Below, one piece after another: positions 55,810 to 64,000 of a DNA stretch of 64,000 nucleotides. The translations under genes and the position numbers were made by a program. The stretch covers positions 20,770,001-20,834,000 of the forward strand of contig OZ059897.1 in assembly GCA_964057225.1 (NCBI GenBank), read 5' to 3'. Position 1 is the stretch's first letter. Each line of letters opens with the position of its first letter. The notes beneath the pieces were generated by a model. That model worked only from the letters and a program-made list of their open reading frames with translations. It did not search any database and had not been told where the DNA came from. The DNA comes from Auanema rhodensis (Eukaryota > Animalia > Nematoda).

Positions 55810-58800
55810 TGCATTTTTAAGCTAGCGCAAATCTGATAACACAGATCGACGCAGCTTAAAAATCCGCATCGAATGCACTATACTACATTGAGAAAAGCTT
55901 AATACAAAAATTAGTTATGATCGTTTGAAAAATGATGCATTAGTGTATGTTGAGTTTCCATGTACACTCAACATTGCTTCCAAAAACATTTTGACAAAAA
56001 TTTTTTCGAAAAATTTCAAAATAATTTAGCAAAAAGTAGATGTTTTTAGACTCCATTTTTCAAGGCAAAGACGATGGACAATGTTATTCAACGAAAAAAT
56101 TAATTCTTCAGGGTGAAAATCGAGGATATAAGTGTGAACTTATATCAGTTGATATCTCGGTGCATTTTTAAGCTAGCGCAAATCTGATAACACAGATCGA
56201 CGCAGCTTAAAAATCCGCATCGAATGCACTATACTACATTGAAAAACGCTTAATACAAAAATTAGTTATGATCGTTTGAAAAATGATGCATTAGTGTATG
56301 TTGAGTTTCCATGTACACTCAACATTGCTTCCAAAAACATTTTGACAAAAATTTTTTCGAAAAATTTCAAAATAATTTAGCGAAAAATAGATGTTTTTAG
56401 ATTCGATTTTTCAAGGCAAAGACGATGGACAATGTTATTCAACGAAAAAATTAATTCTTCAGGGTGAAAATCGAGGATATAAGTGTGAACTTATATCAGT
56501 TGATATCTCGGTGCATTTTTAAGCTAGCGCAAATCTGATAACACAGATCGACGCAGCTTAAAAATCCGCATCGAATGCACTATACTACATTGAGAAAAGC
56601 TTAATACAAAAATTAGTTATGATCGTTTGAAAAATGATGCATTAGTGTATGTTGGGTTTCCATGTACACTCAACATTGCTTCCAAAAACATTTTGACAAA
56701 AATTTTTTCGAAAAATTTCAAAATAATTTAGCAAAAAGTAGATGTTTTTAGATTCCATTTTTCAAGGCAAAGACGATGGACAATGTTATTCAACGAAAAA
56801 ATTAATTCTTCAGGGTGAAAATCGAGGATATAAGTGTGAACTTATATCAGTTGATATCTCGGTGCATTTTTAAGCTAGCGCAAATCTGATAACACAGATC
56901 GACGCAGCTTAAAAATCCGCATCGAATGCACTATACTACATTGAAAAACGCTTGATACAAAAATTAGTTATGATCGTTTGAAAAATGATGCATTAGTGTA
57001 TGTTGAGTTTCCATGTACACTCAACATTGCTTCCAAAAACATTTTGACAAAAATTTTTTCGAAAAATTTCAAAATAATTTAGCAAAAAGTAGATGTTTTT
57101 AGATTCCATTTTTCAAGGCAAAGACGATGGACAATGTTATTCAACGAAAAAATTAATTCTTCAGGGTGAAAATCGAGGATATAAGTGTGAACTTATATCA
57201 GTTGATATCTCGGTGCATTTTTAAGCTAGCGCAAATCTGATAACACAGATCGACGCAGCTTGAAAATCCGCATCGAATGCACTATACTACATTGAGAAAA
57301 GCTTAATACAAAAATTAGTTATGATCGTTTGAAAAATGATGCATTAGTGTATGTTGAGTTTCCATGTACACTCAACATTGCTTCCAAAAACATTTTGACA
57401 AAAATTTTTTCGAAAAATTTCAAAATAATTTAGCAAAAAGTAGATGTTTTTAGACTCCATTTTTCAAGGCAAAGACGATGGACAATGTTATTTAACGAAA
57501 AAATTATTTCTTCAGGGTGAAAATCGAGGATATAAGTGTGAACTTATATCAGTTGATATCTCGGTGCATTTTTAAGCTAGCGCAAATCTGATAACACAGA
57601 TCGACGCAGCTTAAAAATCCGCATCGAATGCACTATACTACATTGAAAAACGCTTAATACAAAAATTAGTTATGATCGTTTGAAAAATGATGCATTAGTG
57701 TATGTTGAGTTTCCATGTACACTCAACATTGCTTCCAAAAACATTTTGACAAAAATTTTTTCGAAAAATTTCAAAATAATTTAGCGAAAAATAGATGTTT
57801 TTAGATTCGATTTTTCAAGGCAAAGACGATGGACAATGTTATTCAACGAAAAAATTAATTCTTCAGGGTGAAAATCGAGGATATAAGTGTGAACTTATAT
57901 CAGTTGATATCTCGGTGCATTTTTAAGCTAGCGCAAATCTGATAACACAGATCGACGCAGCTTAAAAATCCGCATCGAATGCACTATACTACATTGAAAA
58001 ACGCTTAATACAAAAATTAGTTATGATCGTTTGAAAAATGATGCATTAGTGTATGTTGAGTTTCCATGTACACTCAACATTGCTTCCAAAAACATTTTGA
58101 CAAAAATTTTTTCGAAAAATTTCAAAATAATTTACCAAAAAGTAGATGTTTTTAGATTCCATTTTTCAAGGCAAAGACGATAGACAATGTTATTCAACGA
58201 AAAAGTTAATTCTTCAGGGTGAAAATCGAGGATATAAGTGTGAACTTATATCAGTTGATATCTCGGTGCATTTTTAAGCTAGCGCAAATCTGATAACACA
58301 GATCGACGCAGCTTAAAAATCCGCATCGAATGCACTATACTACATTGAGAAAAGCTTAATACAAAAATTAGTTATGATCGTTTGAAAAATGATGCATTAG
58401 TGTATGTTGAGTTTCCATGTACACTCAACATTGCTTCCAAAAACATTTTGACAAAAATTTTTTCGAAAAATTTCAAAATAATTTAGCAAAAAGTAGATGT
58501 TTTTAGATTCCATTTTTCAAGGCAAAGACGATGGACAATGTTATTCAACGAAAAAATTAATTCTTCAGGGTGAAAATCGAGGATATAAGTGTGAACTTAT
58601 ATCAGTTGATATCTCGGTGCATTTTTAAGCTAGCGCAAATCTGATAACACAGATCGACGCAGCTTGAAAATCCGCATCGAATGCACTATATTACATTGAG
58701 AAAAGCTTAATACAAAAATTAGTTATGATCGTTTGAAAAATGATGCATTAGTGTATGTTGAGTTTCCATGTACACTCAACATTGCTTCCAAAAACATTTT

Positions 58801-61800
58801 GACAAAAATTTTTTCGAAAAATTTCAAAATAATTTAGCAAAAAGTAGATGTTTTTAGACTCCATTTTTCAAGGCAAAGACGATGGACAATGTTATTCAAC
58901 GAAAAAATTAATTCTTCAGGGTGAAAATCGAGGATATAAGTGTGAACTTATATCAGTTGATATCTCGGTGCATTTTTAAGCTAGCGCAAATCTGATAACA
59001 CAGATCGACGCAGCTTAAAAATCCGCATCGAATGCACTATACTACATTGAAAAACGCTTAATACAAAAATTAGTTATGATCGTTTGAAAAATGATGCATT
59101 AGTGTATGTTGAGTTTCCATGTACACTCAACATTGCTTCCAAAAACATTTTGACAAAAATTTTTTCGAAAAATTTCAAAATAATTTAGCGAAAAATAGAT
59201 GTTTTTAGATTCGATTTTTCAAGGCAAAGACGATGGACAATGTTATTCAACGAAAAAATTAATTCTTCAGGGTGAAAATCGAGGATATAAGTGTGAACTT
59301 ATATCAGTTGATATCTCGGTGCATTTTTAAGCTAGCGCAAATCTGATAACACAGATCGACGCAGCTTAAAAATCCGCATCGAATGCACTATACTACATTG
59401 AGAAAAGCTTAATACAAAAATTAGTTATGATCGTTTGAAAAATGATGCATTAGTGTATGTTGAGTTTCCATGTACACTCAACATTGCTTCCAAAAACATT
59501 TTGACAAAAATTTTTTCGAAAAATTTCAAAATAATTTAGCAAAAAGTAGATGTTTTTAGACTCCATTTTTCAAGGCAAAGACGATGGACAATGTTATTCA
59601 ACGAAAAAATTAATTCTTCAGGGTGAAAATCGAGGATATAAGTGTGAACTTATATCAGTTGATATCTCGGTGCATTTTTAAGCTAGCGCAAATCTGATAA
59701 CACAGATCGACGCAGCTTAAAAATCCGCATCGAATGCACTATACTACATTGAAAAACGCTTAATACAAAAATTAGTTATGATCGTTTGAAAAATGATGCA
59801 TTAGTGTATGTTGAGTTTCCATGTACACTCAACATTGCTTCCAAAAACATTTTGACAAAAATTTTTTCGAAAAATTTCAAAATAATTTAGCGAAAAATAG
59901 ATGTTTTTAGATTCGATTTTTCAAGGCAAAGACGATGGACAATGTTATTCAACGAAAAAATTAATTCTTCAGGGTGAAAATCGAGGATATAAGTGTGAAC
60001 TTATATCAGTTGATATCTCGGTGCATTTTTAAGCTAGCGCAAATCTGATAACACAGATCGACGCAGCTTAAAAATCCGCATCGAATGCACTATACTACAT
60101 TGAGAAAAGCTTAATACAAAAATTAGTTATGATCGTTTGAAAAATGATGCATTAGTGTATGTTGGGTTTCCATGTACACTCAACATTGCTTCCAAAAACA
60201 TTTTGACAAAAATTTTTTCGAAAAATTTCAAAATAATTTAGCAAAAAGTAGATGTTTTTAGATTCCATTTTTCAAGGCAAAGACGATGGACAATGTTATT
60301 CAACGAAAAAATTAATTCTTCAGGGTGAAAATCGAGGATATAAGTGTGAACTTATATCAGTTGATATCTCGGTGCATTTTTAAGCTAGCGCAAATCTGAT
60401 AACACAGATCGACGCAGCTTAAAAATCCGCATCGAATGCACTATACTACATTGAAAAACGCTTGATACAAAAATTAGTTATGATCGTTTGAAAAATGATG
60501 CATTAGTGTATGTTGAGTTTCCATGTACACTCAACATTGCTTCCAAAAACATTTTGACAAAAATTTTTTCGAAAAATTTCAAAATAATTTAGCAAAAAGT
60601 AGATGTTTTTAGATTCCATTTTTCAAGGCAAAGACGATGGACAATGTTATTCAACGAAAAAATTAATTCTTCAGGGTGAAAATCGAGGATATAAGTGTGA
60701 ACTTATATCAGTTGATATCTCGGTGCATTTTTAAGCTAGCGCAAATCTGATAACACAGATCGACGCAGCTTGAAAATCCGCATCGAATGCACTATACTAC
60801 ATTGAGAAAAGCTTAATACAAAAATTAGTTATGATCGTTTGAAAAATGATGCATTAGTGTATGTTGAGTTTCCATGTACACTCAACATTGCTTCCAAAAA
60901 CATTTTGACAAAAATTTTTTCGAAAAATTTCAAAATAATTTAGCAAAAAGTAGATGTTTTTAGACTCCATTTTTCAAGGCAAAGACGATGGACAATGTTA
61001 TTTAACGAAAAAATTATTTCTTCAGGGTGAAAATCGAGGATATAAGTGTGAACTTATATCAGTTGATATCTCGGTGCATTTTTAAGCTAGCGCAAATCTG
61101 ATAACACAGATCGACGCAGCTTAAAAATCCGCATCGAATGCACTATACTACATTGAAAAACGCTTAATACAAAAATTAGTTATGATCGTTTGAAAAATGA
61201 TGCATTAGTGTATGTTGAGTTTCCATGTACACTCAACATTGCTTCCAAAAACATTTTGACAAAAATTTTTTCGAAAAATTTCAAAATAATTTAGCGAAAA
61301 ATAGATGTTTTTAGATTCGATTTTTCAAGGCAAAGACGATGGACAATGTTATTCAACGAAAAAATTAATTCTTCAGGGTGAAAATCGAGGATATAAGTGT
61401 GAACTTATATCAGTTGATATCTCGGTGCATTTTTAAGCTAGCGCAAATCTGATAACACAGATCGACGCAGCTTAAAAATCCGCATCGAATGCACTATACT
61501 ACATTGAGAAAAGCTTAATACAAAAATTAGTTATGATCGTTTGAAAAATGATGCATTAGTGTATGTTGAGTTTCCATGTACACTCAACATTGCTTCCAAA
61601 AACATTTTGACAAAAATTTTTTCGAAAAATTTCAAAATAATTTAGCAAAAAGTAGATGTTTTTAGACTCCATTTTTCAAGGCAAAGACGATGGACAATGT
61701 TATTCAACGAAAAAATTAATTCTTCAGGGTGAAAATCGAGGATATAAGTGTGAACTTATATCAGTTGATATCTCGGTGCATTTTTAAGCTAGCGCAAATC

Positions 61801-64000
61801 TGATAACACAGATCGACGCAGCTTAAAAATCCGCATCGAATGCACTATACTACATTGAAAAACGCTTAATACAAAAATTAGTTATGATCGTTTGAAAAAT
61901 GATGCATTAGTGTATGTTGAGTTTCCATGTACACTCAACATTGCTTCCAAAAACATTTTGACAAAAATTTTTTCGAAAAATTTCAAGATAATTTAGCGAA
62001 AAATAGATGTTTTTAGATTCGATTTTTCAAGGCAAAGACGATGGACAATGTTATTCAACGAAAAAATTAATTCTTCAGGGTGAAAATCGAGGATATAAGT
62101 GTGAACTTATATCAGTTGATATCTCGGTGCATTTTTAAGCTAGCGCAAATCTGATAACACAGATCGACGCAGCTTAAAAATCCGCATCGAATGCACTATA
62201 CTACATTGAGAAAAGCTTAATACAAAAATTAGTTATGATCGTTTGAAAAATGATGCATTAGTGTATGTTGGGTTTCCATGTACACTCAACATTGCTTCCA
62301 AAAACATTTTGACAAAAATTTTTTCGAAAAATTTCAAAATAATTTAGCAAAAAGTAGATGTTTTTAGATTCCATTTTTCAAGGCAAAGACGATGGACAAT
62401 GTTATTCAACGAAAAAATTAATTCTTCAGGGTGAAAATCGAGGATATAAGTGTGAACTTATATCAGTTGATATCTCGGTGCATTTTTAAGCTAGCGCAAA
62501 TCTGATAACACAGATCGACGCAGCTTAAAAATCCGCATCGAATGCACTATACTACATTGAAAAACGCTTGATACAAAAATTAGTTATGATCGTTTGAAAA
62601 ATGATGCATTAGTGTATGTTGAGTTTCCATGTACACTCAACATTGCTTCCAAAAACATTTTGACAAAAATTTTTTCGAAAAATTTCAAAATAATTTAGCA
62701 AAAAGTAGATGTTTTTAGATTCCATTTTTCAAGGCAAAGACGATGGACAATGTTATTCAACGAAAAAATTAATTCTTCAGGGTGAAAATCGAGGATATAA
62801 GTGTGAACTTATATCAGTTGATATCTCGGTGCATTTTTAAGCTAGCGCAAATCTGATAACACAGATCGACGCAGCTTGAAAATCCGCATCGAATGCACTA
62901 TACTACATTGAGAAAAGCTTAATACAAAAATTAGTTATGATCGTTTGAAAAATGATGCATTAGTGTATGTTGAGTTTCCATGTACACTCAACATTGCTTC
63001 CAAAAACATTTTGACAAAAATTTTTTCGAAAAATTTCAAAATAATTTAGCAAAAAGTAGATGTTTTTAGACTCCATTTTTCAAGGCAAAGACGATGGACA
63101 ATGTTATTTAACGAAAAAATTATTTCTTCAGGGTGAAAATCGAGGATATAAGTGTGAACTTATATCAGTTGATATCTCGGTGCATTTTTAAGCTAGCGCA
63201 AATCTGATAACACAGATCGACGCAGCTTAAAAATCCGCATCGAATGCACTATACTACATTGAAAAACGCTTAATACAAAAATTAGTTATGATCGTTTGAA
63301 AAATGATGCATTAGTGTATGTTGAGTTTCCATGTACACTCAACATTGCTTCCAAAAACATTTTGACAAAAATTTTTTCGAAAAATTTCAAAATAATTTAG
63401 CGAAAAATAGATGTTTTTAGATTCGATTTTTCAAGGCAAAGACGATGGACAATGTTATTCAACGAAAAAATTAATTCTTCAGGGTGAAAATCGAGGATAT
63501 AAGTGTGAACTTATATCAGTTGATATCTCGGTGCATTTTTAAGCTAGCGCAAATCTGATAACACAGATCGACGCAGCTTAAAAATCCGCATCGAATGCAC
63601 TATACTACATTGAAAAACGCTTAATACAAAAATTAGTTATGATCGTTTGAAAAATGATGCATTAGTGTATGTTGAGTTTCCATGTACACTCAACATTGCT
63701 TCCAAAAACATTTTGACAAAAATTTTTTCGAAAAATTTCAAAATAATTTACCAAAAAGTAGATGTTTTTAGATTCCATTTTTCAAGGCAAAGACGATAGA
63801 CAATGTTATTCAACGAAAAAGTTAATTCTTCAGGGTGAAAATCGAGGATATAAGTGTGAACTTATATCAGTTGATATCTCGGTGCATTTTTAAGCTAGCG
63901 CAAATCTGATAACACAGATCGACGCAGCTTAAAAATCCGCATCGAATGCACTATACTACATTGAGAAAAGCTTAATACAAAAATTAGTTATGATCGTTTG
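55810..64000. repeat. 6-mer higher-order unit x3 (M160-165, M170-175, M176-181) within a probable 10-mer unit
   Basis: The rare T280 allele is at 57493, 61003 and 63109. The C220/A267/G290 monomer follows at M166 and M182. Confidence 0.85.

Larger units (their letters stand above)
1..64000. repeat. Tandem satellite DNA array, 351-bp monomer, ~182.3 head-to-tail copies; runs off both window ends
   Basis: TGCATTTTTAAGCTAGCGC recurs at 1, 352, 703 and onward, staying in exact 351-bp phase at 7021, 14041, 21061, 28081, 35101, 42121, 49141, 56161 and 63181 (=1+180x351). Copies differ by only a few substitutions. M1 has 58 G + 52 C of 351 bases (31% GC, hand count). Confidence 0.99.

Noticed and set aside
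1-64000. CRISPR array
   Set aside because: There are no unique spacers. The whole 351 bp is repeated, and no cas genes or leader are present.
1-64000. Whole array as a collapsed or artefactual assembly, or a rolling-circle concatemer
   Set aside because: Linked haplotypes, nested duplications and regional allele clusters are what an evolved genomic array looks like, not a read artefact. Individual copy numbers still need long-read confirmation.

Overview
The whole 64-kb window is one uninterrupted head-to-tail tandem satellite array: about 182.3 copies of a 351-bp, ~31% GC monomer, with monomer n starting at 1+351*(n-1). I saw no indel, insertion, inversion or unique sequence. All six reading frames have a stop codon in every monomer, and I can support no CDS, RNA gene, CRISPR array or inserted mobile element. 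The array looks like eukaryotic (peri)centromeric or heterochromatic satellite DNA. The lack of CpG depletion suggests a weakly methylated invertebrate genome, but I cannot name the species or family. Two layers of structure stand out. (1) The monomer is densely packed with nested inverted repeats that could form hairpins or cruciforms. (2) About 20 recurrent SNPs, read by eye, define monomer types whose order reveals nested higher-order repeats: a probable ancestral 4-mer, 3-mer and 6/10-mer expansions, an 18-mer tandem duplication with a mappable junction, dispersed block copies, and an older, more diverged central domain. I found no protein-coding or defence-type system. The best candidate for new biology is the highly foldable monomer, and any function for it is inference only. 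Notation: Mn = monomer number, pN = position within the monomer.
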